Below are positions 1 to 9,693 of a stretch of 64,000 nucleotides of DNA, one piece after another. Source of the DNA: an uncultured bacterium (GTDB lineage Bacteria > Patescibacteriota > Minisyncoccia > Phycocordibacterales > GCA-2401445). Position numbers and translations under genes: made by a program. The DNA lies in assembly GCA_937952265.1 (NCBI GenBank), contig CALFYW010000016.1, forward strand, positions 206,661 through 270,660, given 5' to 3'. Position 1 is the first letter of the stretch. The number at the start of each line of letters is the position of its first letter. The notes below the pieces were generated by a model. That model was not told where the DNA came from, made no database searches, and saw nothing but the letters and a program-made list of their open reading frames with translations.

Positions 1-1
1 G

Positions 2-250
2 CGCACCATCACCGAAGCGCAGATACACGAAAAAGATACTGGTTCACCAGATGTTCAAATCGCGCTCTTAAGTAAGAGTATTGATGAACTTGCAGCACAT
101 CTTAAAAAACATCGAAAAGACGTGCATTCCCGTCGTGGACTCTTGCAGATGGTAGCCGATCGTCGAACCCATTTGGATTACCTTAAAAAGAAAGATCCAA
201 AACGTTACGACCGAATTACTAAAAAATTTGATTTAAAAAAGAAAAATTAG
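2..250 (+). CDS. rpsO: 30S ribosomal protein S15 (5' partial)
   Basis: Manual translation ...[15 protein letters not shown]...[19 protein letters not shown]...; lies upstream of pnp. Confidence 0.95.
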   Translation, partial: RTITEAQIHEKDTGSPDVQIALLSKSIDELAAHLKKHRKDVHSRRGLLQMVADRRTHLDYLKKKDPKRYDRITKKFDLKKKN

Positions 251-369
251 CGCATCATGCGCCGATTTTTCTTTCATACGGATCTTTTTACCATAAAAAG
301 ACTCCCGTTTATTTATTCATAAAGGCAGTTTGCTTTTTCATAAGCACTGTTCACACACATACGATCGAT

Positions 370-906
370 ATGCCGGTAATTAAACACAAAGATCAGCGAG
401 TCGGTATTTTTATTGATACACAAAACCTCTACCACAGCGCGAAGAATCTCTACGGATCAAAAGTAAATTTTGGAGCCATTGTTAAAGATGCGCTTGCGGG
501 ACGTTTAGAAATCCGCACCATCGCCTATGTCATTACCACCGAGAGCGGGGAAGAGCGTAATTTTTTTGATGCGCTTGAGAAAATAGGGATTGAAACAAAA
601 ACAAAAAATCTCCAGGTTTTTGCTGGTGGCGCAAAAAAAGCAGATTGGGACGTTGGTCTCGCAATTGACGCGATCGCGCTCGCACCAAAACTCGATGCGG
701 TTATTATTGTCTCTGGGGATGGAGATTTTGTACCCCTCATTGAATATTTACAAATGCACGAAGGTTGCCAGGTAGAAGTAGCGGGATTTGGCCGATCAAC
801 CTCTCAGAGGCTCAAAGAACATACGGATGAATTCATGGACCTAGACGAAAATCCGAGAAAATATCTCATCGGTTATCGAACCGGTGGACACCGAAAGAAA
901 AAATAG
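370..906 (+). CDS. NYN domain (LabA/DUF88) protein
   Basis: FIDTQNLY, KKADWDVGLAID and VSGDGDF PIN-like motifs. Confidence 0.85.
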   Translation: MPVIKHKDQRVGIFIDTQNLYHSAKNLYGSKVNFGAIVKDALAGRLEIRTIAYVITTESGEERNFFDALEKIGIETKTKNLQVFAGGAKKADWDVGLAIDAIALAPKLDAVIIVSGDGDFVPLIEYLQMHEGCQVEVAGFGRSTSQRLKEHTDEFMDLDENPRKYLIGYRTGGHRKKK

Positions 907-1058
907 TCATTCGAAACTGCCGCCTTCTGCGGCAGTTATGTTTCGGGTGCATCATAACCTTTAATCTGCTAAAGTGTACCCATATTACTCGCAATAACAT
1001 GGTCTTCAGATATGTAGATTTGCTTACGAGCATGTCTAACATCTGAAGATCAAAAAAC

Positions 1059-3197
1059 ATGGAAAAAAAAGAATATAGACTCACGTTAGGAAATGATGAG
1101 TTAGTGTGTGAATTTAGCGATTTAGCAGAACAAGCAAATGGTTCGGTTATGGTCAAATATGGCAATACCGTAATACTTGCTACCGCGGTCATGTCTCAGG
1201 AACCAAGGGACAACCATTTTTTTCCGCTTACCGTGGATTACGAAGAAAGATTCTATGCCGCAGGACAAATCCTCGGAAGCCGGTTTATGCGCCGAGAGGG
1301 AAGACCTTCGGACGAAGCAATTCTTACCGGACGAATCGTGGATCGAACGATACGGCCACTTTTTGATCAACACATTCGAAATGATATTCAAGTTGTTATT
1401 ACCGTACTTTCTCTTGGAACCTATGATCCTGATACACTCTCGGTGATTGGAGCCTCCCTTGCTCTCTCTACGTCAGATATTCCTTGGAATGGCCCCGTGA
1501 GCGCGGTTCGTGTTATTAAAAAAGACGAAAAAAGTGATTTCAGTATTAACCCGTCGCTTACCGAACGTTCAGAACAAGAAGAAGTAAAACCGCTGGTTGA
1601 TCTTATTGCGTGCGGAAAAGGCGGAACTATCAATATGATTGAGTGTGGCGGATATGAGGCGGATGAATCCCTTGTCGGAGACAGCCTTGATCGAGCACAT
1701 GAAGAACTGGAAAAAATAGGAGTGTTTCAGCAGAAAATTATTGCCGAGAGAGGAAAAAAGAAACGAGAACTCGTCTATGAAGAGGCGCCAAAAGAAGCAC
1801 TTGCATCTCTTTTTGAAGAGCATATCGGAGAAACACGTCTTCATGAGGCTTTATTTAGTGGACCTGGAAAAAAATATATTTCAGCACTCGAAAATGAGTG
1901 GATTTCCCTATTAAGCGAGACTCATCCTGAGATAAAAAAGTCGCACGCTTTGGAATATATCGAAGAGAAGATCAATGATCTCTTACATAAAGAGGCAATT
2001 GAAAATGGGCGCCGCCCTGACGGAAGAAGTGTAAATGAAGTGCGTCCGCTCTTTGCACAAGCAGGAAACATCTCTCCGCTACTTCATGGTTCTGGAATTT
2101 TCTATCGAGGCGGGACCCACATCCTCTCCGTTTTAACCCTTGGAGGGCCCGGGGACTCACTCATTATTGATGGTATGGAAATGCAGACCAAAAAGCGGTT
2201 CATACACCATTACAATTTCCCACCCTTCTCAACCGGGGAGACGGGGCGCATTGGGGGTACCAATCGGCGCATGGTGGGTCATGGCGCACTGGCTGAAAAA
2301 GCGCTTCTTCCCGTTATTCCTTCAAAAGAAAACTTTCCATACACCATTCGACTTGTTTCAGAAGCCTTCGCTTCTAACGGATCAACCTCGATGGGATCAG
2401 TGTGTGGAAGTAGCCTTGCGCTTATGGATGCGGGAGTGCCCATTACAAATGCGGTGGCAGGTATTGCTTCTGGATTGATGTTTGAACAAAATGACCGATA
2501 TCAACTATTAACTGACATCCAAGGTCCTGAAGATCATCACGGGGACATGGATTTTAAAGTTGCAGGAACACGAAAGGGAATTACGGCGATTCAAATGGAT
2601 GTCAAAGTAAACGGTATTCCTATTCCCATTCTTAAAGAAGCGCTCCTACGTGCAAAAGAAGCTCGGGAGACTATTCTTGAAAGAATGGATCAGGAAATAA
2701 AAACTCCACGTACTGATATTTCACCTTACGCGCCCAAAATTCTCGCTACCAAAATAAAAGTATCACAGATTGGTATGGTCATTGGACCAGGAGGAAAAAA
2801 CATCAACGAGATTAGGGAAAAAACAGAAACTGAAATTGATATTGAGGATGACGGTACCGTCTTTATCACCGGCAAAGGAGAAGGTCCGTTACGTGCAAAG
2901 CAGATTATTGAAGAAATGACCCACGAATACCGTCCGGGAGAGAAGATAGTAGGGACCATTACCCGTATTACCGATTTTGGAGCATTTGCAAAATTTGGAG
3001 CTGATACTGAAGGGTTGATTCATATTTCAGAAATTGCTCCATTTCGAATTAACGCGGTAAAAGAGGTTCTTTCTGAAGGGGAAACTGTTTCCGCGGTAAT
3101 TAAAGAAATTGATGAACGTGGCCGTATCCGGCTTTCTATTAAAGATTTAGATCCAGAATTTGCAACTAAAAAAGGAATAGCTCCTCCTAAGAAATAA
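1059..3197 (+). CDS. pnp: Polyribonucleotide nucleotidyltransferase (PNPase)
   Basis: FFPLTVDYEER, SNGSTSMGSVC, GDMDFKVAGT, C-terminal KH and S1 domains. Confidence 0.97.
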   Translation: MEKKEYRLTLGNDELVCEFSDLAEQANGSVMVKYGNTVILATAVMSQEPRDNHFFPLTVDYEERFYAAGQILGSRFMRREGRPSDEAILTGRIVDRTIRPLFDQHIRNDIQVVITVLSLGTYDPDTLSVIGASLALSTSDIPWNGPVSAVRVIKKDEKSDFSINPSLTERSEQEEVKPLVDLIACGKGGTINMIECGGYEADESLVGDSLDRAHEELEKIGVFQQKIIAERGKKKRELVYEEAPKEALASLFEEHIGETRLHEALFSGPGKKYISALENEWISLLSETHPEIKKSHALEYIEEKINDLLHKEAIENGRRPDGRSVNEVRPLFAQAGNISPLLHGSGIFYRGGTHILSVLTLGGPGDSLIIDGMEMQTKKRFIHHYNFPPFSTGETGRIGGTNRRMVGHGALAEKALLPVIPSKENFPYTIRLVSEAFASNGSTSMGSVCGSSLALMDAGVPITNAVAGIASGLMFEQNDRYQLLTDIQGPEDHHGDMDFKVAGTRKGITAIQMDVKVNGIPIPILKEALLRAKEARETILERMDQEIKTPRTDISPYAPKILATKIKVSQIGMVIGPGGKNINEIREKTETEIDIEDDGTVFITGKGEGPLRAKQIIEEMTHEYRPGEKIVGTITRITDFGAFAKFGADTEGLIHISEIAPFRINAVKEVLSEGETVSAVIKEIDERGRIRLSIKDLDPEFATKKGIAPPKK

Positions 3198-3231
3198 ATC
3201 AAAAGTCCCCGCAAAGGGACTTTTGATTTTT
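3196..3231 (+). terminator. Intrinsic terminator after pnp
   Basis: AAATCAAAAGTCCC-cgcaaa-GGGACTTTTGATTT followed by T. Confidence 0.85.
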
Positions 3232-3301
3232 GAGCCGTGTCATAAATAAAACACACCACTGTAATTGATTCAAAATCAAAGAAACAGTATGCTTGATAAT
3301 A

Positions 3302-5080
3302 ATGGATACTACTAACCCGCAGAGTGAGGCGAACTCTGCATCGCAACAACATTCTCCCGCATTGCGACACGGTATGCGACCGCGGGGCGGATCACGCGAA
3401 TACGCGCACACCCTTCCACGGGTACGCACCTTTGATCGAGACCTCAAAGCGCAACAGTCAACCGAACCTCGAGGCCAGTCCACCCCCAAACCAGAAATAG
3501 TGAAAGAAGCACCTAAACCTCTGCCAACGCCACCAAACCCCACGCTTAAAAGCTCCTCTGAGATAAAGCAGGCTCCGCAGAATCTACCAACTGGAGACTT
3601 CTCTCCTGATACCTTCATACGTACACACCCAATCCAAGAACCTCCGAGGCCTCAAAAACCAGAACCACCGAAAAATGCTCCTCCGAGGCCTCCTGACACT
3701 CATGAAGTGCCACAACCACCACAAAAGACAGGGAAAAGTTCTCCGCTTCCACATCTACATACCTATGAAAAAGATGTAATCAAAGCAGGGGGCACCTCTC
3801 CACACCCCCCGAAAAAACCTATTACGGTATCAAAAGAGCGTACTGCGGAGCCTGGAGCCGTGCCATTACCCCCAGTCGTAAAGAAAGACTCTCGAGAGCA
3901 AAAAACATCTTCTACTAAGGCGCCATTCCACACCTATACTCGTGATGTTGATCACGCGCAACGAAAACAAGATGTAGATGCTCAGAAACAGACAAACTCA
4001 AATATCGGAGAATCTCTAAAGAGGGAGGAGTTAAGCGCGCTCATTCAAAAAAAATATCACCAGCCAATCACTGAAAAAGCGCCTCTCGATCCCAAAAAGC
4101 GAATACTTCCTCGGCGACCGATTCCACAAACACCCCCTCCACAACCAGAAGTCCCTAAAAAACCTCCTTCCGCAAAAGGATCCTCAAAATTCTTTTCCCG
4201 TATTATGCACCCGCTTCGCACCTATGACGCTGATCTCGCGACACATGTTAAAAATGAAAAGGCGAGCCGAATTAAAATCGCGCTCACGGAACAAAGTATT
4301 CAGGCACGACGTGAAGCATACGCACAAAACAAAATCCCAATCCCACCACAAAAAAAGAAGAAAATTTCAGCTGATACCTACCCATTTGAGGTTATTGGAA
4401 ACCGAGAACAAAGAAAACGACACGCGATCTTACCAACACTTATCATAAGCATCGCGCTTATGGTCGTGGGAGGAGGTATTGCGTACGGGGGTTATCGTAT
4501 TGCGAACCGAATGCCACAAACCGTAACATTTGATACGGGGAACATCCTCATCACCGAAACAAGCAGGAAAATTCAAAACGAAAACCTCAAACCATCTTCC
4601 GTACAGGAAATTATTGAGAACCTCTCTATTGGAAATGACGCGATTGTTCACCTCTATAGCACACGTACCACCCCTGAAGGAGTTGAATTTTTCATGCCAA
4701 GTAGCACTTTTATCAGCACCCTCGCGCCAGAAATACCAGGTATCCTTGCTCGCTCCTTGAAACCAGAATTCACTTTTGGGGTCTACGGGCACGAGGGAGA
4801 TAAGGAAGCATTCCTGGTACTCAAGACCAACTCGTATCCCCATGCATTGGGTGGCATGCTCCAGTGGGAAGCATCTCTACCAAAAAGCATTTCGGGTTTG
4901 TTTGGAAACCTAACTACCACCCAAAATTCATTTACTGATATGTTCATCAAAAATCGTGATGTTCGCGTTCTTTATGGGGATAACGAGGAAATGATACTGC
5001 TTTATTCTTTTATCGATAAACAAACTCTGATTATTGCCCAAAGTGAATTGGTATTTCTTGAAATCTTAACCAGACAATAA
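3302..5080 (+). CDS. Proline-rich single-pass membrane protein with repeated (L/V/F)(R/H)T(Y/F)xxD motifs
   Basis: Long Pro/Lys-rich N-terminal region, TM segment ILPTLIISIALMVVGGGIAYGGY, globular C-terminus; ATG at 3302 preferred over TTG at 3293. Confidence 0.75.
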   Translation: MDTTNPQSEANSASQQHSPALRHGMRPRGGSREYAHTLPRVRTFDRDLKAQQSTEPRGQSTPKPEIVKEAPKPLPTPPNPTLKSSSEIKQAPQNLPTGDFSPDTFIRTHPIQEPPRPQKPEPPKNAPPRPPDTHEVPQPPQKTGKSSPLPHLHTYEKDVIKAGGTSPHPPKKPITVSKERTAEPGAVPLPPVVKKDSREQKTSSTKAPFHTYTRDVDHAQRKQDVDAQKQTNSNIGESLKREELSALIQKKYHQPITEKAPLDPKKRILPRRPIPQTPPPQPEVPKKPPSAKGSSKFFSRIMHPLRTYDADLATHVKNEKASRIKIALTEQSIQARREAYAQNKIPIPPQKKKKISADTYPFEVIGNREQRKRHAILPTLIISIALMVVGGGIAYGGYRIANRMPQTVTFDTGNILITETSRKIQNENLKPSSVQEIIENLSIGNDAIVHLYSTRTTPEGVEFFMPSSTFISTLAPEIPGILARSLKPEFTFGVYGHEGDKEAFLVLKTNSYPHALGGMLQWEASLPKSISGLFGNLTTTQNSFTDMFIKNRDVRVLYGDNEEMILLYSFIDKQTLIIAQSELVFLEILTRQ

Positions 5081-5121
5081 CCCCTACTTTCCCTTATTCC
5101 TACTCTTTGTTATCATTATCT

Positions 5122-5496
5122 ATGATGGCACTTGATATTGAGAAATATAAAAAAATCCTTGAGGGAGAACAAGAAAAGCTGATTCAGGAACTTAAAACCG
5201 TTGGCCGTATTAACCCGACCAATCCAGAAGACTGGGAGGCTACTCCGGGGGAGAGCAATATTGATACTGCGGATAAAAACGATCGCGGAGATGTTATTGA
5301 GGCATTTGAGGAAAACTCCGCAATCTTAAAAGAGCTCGAAACTCGTTTACATAATGTGAAGCGGGCACTCTCAAAAATTGAGAAAGGAACCTATGGTATC
5401 TGCGAGGTATCAGGAGAGCCGATAGAAGAAAAACGGCTCGATGCCAACCCCTCCGCACGGACAAACATTGCTAACCGAGATGCGACACTCAATTAA
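5122..5496 (+). CDS. DksA/TraR family protein with degenerate zinc finger
   Basis: Coiled coil with DKNDRGD tip, then ALSKIEKGTYGICEVSGEPIEEKRLDANPSA. Confidence 0.85.
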   Translation: MMALDIEKYKKILEGEQEKLIQELKTVGRINPTNPEDWEATPGESNIDTADKNDRGDVIEAFEENSAILKELETRLHNVKRALSKIEKGTYGICEVSGEPIEEKRLDANPSARTNIANRDATLN

Positions 5497-5507
5497 GATG
5501 GTAGCCC

Positions 5508-7049
5508 ATGAGCTTCGCGAAGGTTTATAGCGGACAAACACATCTCCTTTCAGCACATATCGTAACCATAGAGGTAGATATCTCTCGTGGACTCCACTCT
5601 TTCTCTGTTGTGGGTCTCCCTGACAAAGCAGTAGAGGAATCACGGGATAGGATTTCTGCTGCAATAAAGAATTCCGGCTTTACTTCACCAAAACATAAAA
5701 ATCAAAAGGTCGTTATCTCACTTGCCCCCGCGGAATTGAAAAAAGAGGGGGCTATTTTTGATCTCGGTATGGCACTCGTATACCTTCACGCATCCGGGGA
5801 TATCGTATTTGAACCATCAAAAAAATTATTTTTGGGAGAACTTGCGCTTGATGGAACCTTGCGCCCTACGCATGGCATACTTCCCATCGTACACGAAGCT
5901 AAAAAGCAGGGTTTCACTGAAGTCTTCGTTCCAGCGAACAACACTGCCGAGGCATCTCTCATTCATGGTATGCATATATATGGAGCCAACACCTTAAAAG
6001 AAGTCATTCGCCATATCGATACAAAAGAAAATTTCTCTCTTACGCGAGCTCCGCACCACAAGCACGAATGCTCGCACTACGCCCCGCTTATTGATTTTAG
6101 TGACATTCGAGGCCAACAATCGGCAAAACGAGGACTTGAAATCGCCGCTGCCGGCGGACACAATATTGCGCTTTTTGGGCCACCAGGAACTGGAAAAACA
6201 ATGCTCGCACGAGCATTTCCAGGCATTCTGCCACCGTTTTTATACGAAGACATTATTGAGGTAACGAGCATCCACTCAATCGCAGGGCTTCTTTCAGAGA
6301 AATCACTTATCACCACACCACCATTTAGAACCCCGCACCATACGGCATCTTATGTTTCTATCGTTGGAGGGGGAAATGCGCTTCGTCCAGGAGAAGTAAC
6401 ACTAGCGCATCGTGGGGTTCTTTTTCTTGATGAATTTCCTGAGTTTGACCGCCGTGTGATCGAAGCGCTTCGGCAACCGCTTGAAGATCGAACCGTCTCT
6501 ATTTCTCGCGCGCGAGGTTCAGCTACATTTCCAGCGCAATTTATGCTTATTGCATCAATGAATCCTTGCCCTTGCGGCTACCACGGCTCTTCAAACCGAG
6601 AATGTACTTGCGCACCCCACATGCTCCTCCGTTACCAAAAGAAAATATCTGGTCCTATTATCGATCGTATTGATCTGTGGATTGAAGTTCCTGAAGTCCC
6701 TCACCATCTCTTAAAAGAAACCGGTCGCTTGTCAGAGGGGAGTCTATGCATTAAAGAAAGAGTTGGGAGCGCACGCAAAATACAGTATGAGCGCTTTAAG
6801 GAGCACCCTCAGAATATTCGGCTTAACAGTGAGATGAATACGCGTGATCTCGAGCATCATGCGCATCTGGGGAATGACGCGAAACATACACTCACACAAT
6901 CTGCCCAAACATTAGGGCTTTCAGCACGGTCATATCATCGAGTCATTAAACTTGCCCGAACCATCGCTGATCTCTCCCAAAGCTCTACAATTACCGAAAA
7001 CCACATTCTCGAAGCCCTCCAATATCGCCCAAAATCTATTTCCCGATAA
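5508..7049 (+). CDS. comM: YifB/ComM family Mg-chelatase-like AAA+ ATPase
   Basis: VGLPDKAVEESRDR, GPPGTGKT, AHRGVLFLDEFPEF, MNPCPCG. Confidence 0.92.
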   Translation: MSFAKVYSGQTHLLSAHIVTIEVDISRGLHSFSVVGLPDKAVEESRDRISAAIKNSGFTSPKHKNQKVVISLAPAELKKEGAIFDLGMALVYLHASGDIVFEPSKKLFLGELALDGTLRPTHGILPIVHEAKKQGFTEVFVPANNTAEASLIHGMHIYGANTLKEVIRHIDTKENFSLTRAPHHKHECSHYAPLIDFSDIRGQQSAKRGLEIAAAGGHNIALFGPPGTGKTMLARAFPGILPPFLYEDIIEVTSIHSIAGLLSEKSLITTPPFRTPHHTASYVSIVGGGNALRPGEVTLAHRGVLFLDEFPEFDRRVIEALRQPLEDRTVSISRARGSATFPAQFMLIASMNPCPCGYHGSSNRECTCAPHMLLRYQKKISGPIIDRIDLWIEVPEVPHHLLKETGRLSEGSLCIKERVGSARKIQYERFKEHPQNIRLNSEMNTRDLEHHAHLGNDAKHTLTQSAQTLGLSARSYHRVIKLARTIADLSQSSTITENHILEALQYRPKSISR

Positions 7050-7098
7050 GCTAGTATCAGTAAAGAGACGAGAAAAAATGATGATTCTATAAGTAAGC

Positions 7099-7122
7099 AA
7101 AACCCCTCAAAAGAGGGGTTTT
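7099..7122. terminator. Bidirectional terminator between comM and the M23 gene
   Basis: AAAACCCCTC-aaaa-GAGGGGTTTT between convergent genes. Confidence 0.8.
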
Positions 7123-7208
7123 GGGGTATTATCTAGCCCAGCGCGGTTCGTGCCAGGCGTATTAATTATATGTTTGATATAGAACCAATACGCCTGAAAC
7201 AAACGTTT

Positions 7209-8186
7209 TTAAAAAGGATTTTTTGCACCTCGAACTTCAAAGTGAAGGTGGGGGCCGGTTGATTTACCGGTTGAACCAACGTATCCAATAACTTGCCCTT
7301 GGACCACATATTGTCCTGAAACTACAATGTTGTTTGAATTATGGGCATACAAAGTCTGGGTGCCATTTTCATGTCTAATTACTACATAATTTCCATATCC
7401 GCCATTCCATCCATAATCTTTACTAATCAAAACTGTACCCGCCGCCGCGGCATATACTGGCGCACCAGTATAGGTTGCAAGATCAACTCCGTTGTACCCG
7501 TGCAATCCTTGTGTTCTCACACCTCCGCTAATAGGGCGTAAATAGTAGCCTTGATACTCTGGCCCGCTCGCGATGTTGCGCGGAGCAGTATTCTTTTGAG
7601 AAGCGGGGGTAGCTATCTTAGGCGCGGGTATTTCACCATCAGGAACTACTACAATCTCGCCAACTTTTAAAGAGACGCCGTGTAAACTGTTATATCGGAT
7701 AATTTCACTCAGATCTGCTTCATATTTCTTAGCAATACGCTCTAACGTATCTCCCTCTACGACAGTGTGTTGAACTCCTGAAATAGGAAGAATAACGAGT
7801 GTTTGACCAGGATTAATAACTCTGTTTTTAATATCATTAGCCCAGATAATGGTGTTTACATTTACATTAAACATTCGGGCAATTTGAGAAAGAGAGTCCC
7901 CCTCGCGTACCACATAAATACTAATCTGATCAGAAGCTTTCTTCTCTTCTACATCCACGATGGTCCCCACCGGCCCATTCTCTGAAAGCAGCGCAGCGCC
8001 CCCAACTACCGTAATATCTCCACCTCCAAGCGAAGGGTTAGGTGTAATTGCGGCGTGTAAGAGCGCCATGTTTTGCGAATTAAGCCCTCGTTGACGTTCG
8101 GTATCTTGGGATACCACCTCACTTTTGCCCGCAACTAAAGAAGAGAAGATGGAAAAAATCCCTGCATGTGCCGCATAAGGAAGCAA
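7209..8186 (-). CDS. LysM x2 plus M23 peptidase (true start probably further upstream)
   Basis: YVVREGDSLSQIA and HTVVEGDTLERIA LysM repeats; NGVDLA, LYAHNS, STGPHLHFEVR M23 motifs. Confidence 0.92.
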   Translation of the reverse strand: MLPYAAHAGIFSIFSSLVAGKSEVVSQDTERQRGLNSQNMALLHAAITPNPSLGGGDITVVGGAALLSENGPVGTIVDVEEKKASDQISIYVVREGDSLSQIARMFNVNVNTIIWANDIKNRVINPGQTLVILPISGVQHTVVEGDTLERIAKKYEADLSEIIRYNSLHGVSLKVGEIVVVPDGEIPAPKIATPASQKNTAPRNIASGPEYQGYYLRPISGGVRTQGLHGYNGVDLATYTGAPVYAAAAGTVLISKDYGWNGGYGNYVVIRHENGTQTLYAHNSNNIVVSGQYVVQGQVIGYVGSTGKSTGPHLHFEVRGAKNPF

Positions 8187-8382
8187 AAATAAGCCTAAAA
8201 ATAGAGGTATGAGTACACCTGCACGAATATCTGATAGATAGTTTCGACGGGATCTTTTATGTCGTTTACCGTCAAATGTGTGACGAAGGGGTAAAATAAG
8301 CCAAAAAGTTAGGTGACGTACCGAAATACTAGATTAAAAGCTCAATAGAGCCGCGAAAACAGCCGTTACAGTAGTATCTTCC

Positions 8383-8410
8383 ACTATACTAAACCCTCTA
8401 TTAAAGTCAA
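8383..8410 (-). promoter_or_regulatory. Sigma70-like promoter for the LysM/M23 gene
   Basis: Minus strand TTGACT-16 nt-TATAGT. Confidence 0.55.
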
Positions 8411-8422
8411 CCGAGTTATAAA

Positions 8423-8549
8423 CATCACCACACAAAAAATCCCTGGCAAGTATCATGAGATAATGGACCTGGTCCGATCACCTCCGATTACTTCGAGGCT
8501 CCGCGACATACACACCACGTGCGAATCAAAAATGTGTGGATTGGTGATG
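8423..8549. ncRNA. Candidate structured RNA, family unknown
   Basis: Intergenic segment closed by CATCACCA/TGGTGATG and CCACACA/TGTGTGG pairings, with internal hairpins. Confidence 0.3.
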
Positions 8550-8651
8550 AGCCTACCTTAACGTTATAATAGAATAAATTTCTTCAGAGAAATATATTTC
8601 TTTTAGTTGGTGGTGGTGCCTTTCGGAAAAATCTTTTTTATTCTTATATTT

Positions 8652-9053
8652 ATGAAATTTCAAGTTCCTCAATTCATCGAAGTAGAAGATCGAATCTTCG
8701 GACCATTAACGCTCTGGCAATTTCTCTACCTCATTGGAGGAGCGGGACTTTCAGTGGTCATTTTTCGATTTGTTCCCTCAACGGGGATCGCTTTCGTACT
8801 AATTGCGCCCGTAATCATATTCTCTTTAGCGCTTGCATTCTACAAAATTAATAACCGTCCTTTTATCAATGCGGTTGAATCCGCATTTAGATTTTTCACC
8901 AGAAATAAGCTCTATATTTGGAAACGAGAAAACAAGTCTCCTCAAACAACAACAGGGGAAGCGGGTGCGCGCGCATCAGACGCGCTTATTCCGCGACTTT
9001 CAAACAGTAAACTAAAAGATTTATCCTGGACCCTTGATATACACAAAAAATAA
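8652..9053 (+). CDS. PrgI-family (VirB3-like) membrane protein
   Basis: MKFQVPQFIEVEDRIFGPLT start and two TM helices; precedes VirB4. Confidence 0.85.
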   Translation: MKFQVPQFIEVEDRIFGPLTLWQFLYLIGGAGLSVVIFRFVPSTGIAFVLIAPVIIFSLALAFYKINNRPFINAVESAFRFFTRNKLYIWKRENKSPQTTTGEAGARASDALIPRLSNSKLKDLSWTLDIHKK

Positions 9054-9058
9054 CAAGC

Positions 9059-9691
9059 ATGGCAAAAGCAACACAAGAATTTATTCCCATAAAAGAAATA
9101 CGCAACGGTATTGCGGTGATGAGAGACGGGTCTCTCAGAGGAATTGTTATGGCATCCTCACTTAACTTCGCGTTAAAATCAAACGATGAACAGATTGCGA
9201 TTCTTTCGCAGTTTCAAAATTTTTTAAATTCCCTTGATTTTCCAGTTCAAATCTTTATTGAATCAAGAGAGCTTGATATCCGCCCCTATCTTGCACTCCT
9301 TGAAACACGGTTTACCCAAGAAATGGAAGAGTTAATCAAAACACAAACACGAGAATACATTGAATTCATCAAAGCGTTTACCCGGGACACCAACATTATG
9401 ACCAAAAGTTTTTTTATCATTATTCCGTATTCGCCAGAAATTATCTCTTCTTCATCTCAAAACATTAAAGGGATCTTTAAAAAGAAAACGGCAGAGGAGG
9501 TTCAGTCCGCGCGTATTGAAGCATTTGAGGAAAATCGCTCGCAACTCGAGCAACGTATCGCGGTGGTAGAGCAGGGTCTTTCTCGAACCGGTATTCGTAT
9601 TGCGCGACTCGGGACCGAAGAAATTGTTGAGCTATTTTATCGACTATTTAACCCCGGGGACGCGGAAAAACCAATGTCAGTACATACATAA
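9059..9691 (+). CDS. VirB4-associated protein (TraC/VirB4 N-terminal-like)
   Basis: TQEFIPIKEI...SSLNFALKSNDEQ...FQNFLNSLDFPVQI; sits between the PrgI-like gene and VirB4. Confidence 0.7.
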   Translation: MAKATQEFIPIKEIRNGIAVMRDGSLRGIVMASSLNFALKSNDEQIAILSQFQNFLNSLDFPVQIFIESRELDIRPYLALLETRFTQEMEELIKTQTREYIEFIKAFTRDTNIMTKSFFIIIPYSPEIISSSSQNIKGIFKKKTAEEVQSARIEAFEENRSQLEQRIAVVEQGLSRTGIRIARLGTEEIVELFYRLFNPGDAEKPMSVHT

Positions 9692-9693
9692 TT

